This document shows, one piece after another, positions 19,485 to 20,000 of a stretch of DNA of 20,000 nucleotides. The translations under genes and the position numbers were made by a program. Origin of the DNA: Chiloscyllium plagiosum (taxonomy: Eukaryota); NCBI RefSeq assembly GCF_004010195.1, contig NC_057719.1, positions 4,995,590 to 5,015,589 on the forward strand, written 5' to 3'. The stretch's first letter is position 1. Each line of letters starts with the position of its first letter. Under the pieces are notes generated by a model. It was not told the origin of the DNA, ran no database searches, and saw only the letters and a list, made by a program, of their open reading frames with translations.

Positions 19485-19660
19485 AGGCTGATTAGCTCAG
19501 TTCACTAGGTGATTGGTTGAGAATAATGCCAGTAGCACATGTTCAGTTCCCATTTGGGCTGAGGTAGACTTGCTAGCTGGCTGTTTGTCTAACCTGTGGG
19601 CCACCAGGTAATCAGTTGTTTCTCTCTGACAAAGAAAAGATTCCTACGGTCCCATCGACC
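19485..19660 (+). mobile_element. Degraded tRNA-derived SINE
   Basis: tagctcagtt...atgccagtagcacatgttcagttccc...ggctgaggt has A-box-like and B-box-like motifs; family not identified. Confidence 0.45.
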
Positions 19661-19774
19661 TACCTTTTCTATGTGCCTCTAGACTCCTGGCCTGAAAATG
19701 GAGAGAAGGTATTTTAACGCTTAAAAAAACTCACTTGATTGGCACTTGATCCATCATCATGAACTTTAATTCTG

Positions 19775-19862
19775 TCATCAGGAAGGACTTATGCCCGAAC
19801 CATCAATTCTTCTCCTCAGATGCTGCCTGGCCTGTGCTTTTCCAGCACCACACTCTTGACTA
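19775..19862 (+). mobile_element. Penelope-like terminal repeat fragment
   Basis: ggaaggacttatgcccgaaccatcaattcttctcctcagatgctgcctggcctgtgcttttccagcaccacac, related to 15214-15300. Confidence 0.65.
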
Positions 19863-19881
19863 TGATACTATCTCATACATG

Positions 19882-20000
19882 CGATTCTGTTCGCTGAGCT
19901 GGGAATTTGTGTTGCAGACGTTTCGTCCTCTGTCTAGGTGACATCCTCAGTGCTTGGGAGCCTCCTGTGAAGCGCTTCTGTGATCTTTCCTCCAGCATTT
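19882..20000 (-). mobile_element. Penelope-like element terminal repeat, running off the window
   Basis: Related to 10725-10805 (gaggctcc...ctga.gat...gaaa..tctg...ccagctcagcga); contains a hammerhead core. Confidence 0.75.
19914..19953 (-). ncRNA. Putative minimal type I hammerhead ribozyme
   Basis: The minus strand reads GCA-CUGAGGA-U-GUC-ACCUAGACAGAG-GAC-GAAA-C-GUC-UGC: core CUGANGA and GAAA, stem I GCA/UGC, stem II GUC/GAC, palindromic ACGU stem III, GUC cleavage triplet. Confidence 0.7.

Overview
Eukaryotic genomic DNA, most likely from a cartilaginous fish (inferred from HE1-type V-SINEs, SacSINE1-like DeuSINE remnants and CR1/HER1 LINE tails). The window holds eight consecutive + strand coding exons of CCDC88C (Daple): 1-109 (partial), 2272-2353, 3363-3521, 5670-5816, 7200-7344, 13089-13273, 15395-15532 and 17872-18933. 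They splice into an uninterrupted 675-codon coiled-coil frame only if the intron at 5817 uses a non-canonical GC donor. The introns are packed with nested retroelement remnants (V-SINEs, DeuSINEs, CR1, L2, a second LINE family, Penelope-like elements). The most notable non-coding signals are: (i) several Penelope-derived terminal repeats carrying minimal hammerhead-ribozyme motifs, one apparently intact at 19914-19953 (-); (ii) short inverted-repeat derivatives of these repeats, one with a clean 12-bp target-site duplication; (iii) exon junctions that recreate 5' splice sites. I found no clearly new biological system. Repeat family names and human comparisons come from remembered consensus sequences, not database searches, and repeat boundaries are approximate.
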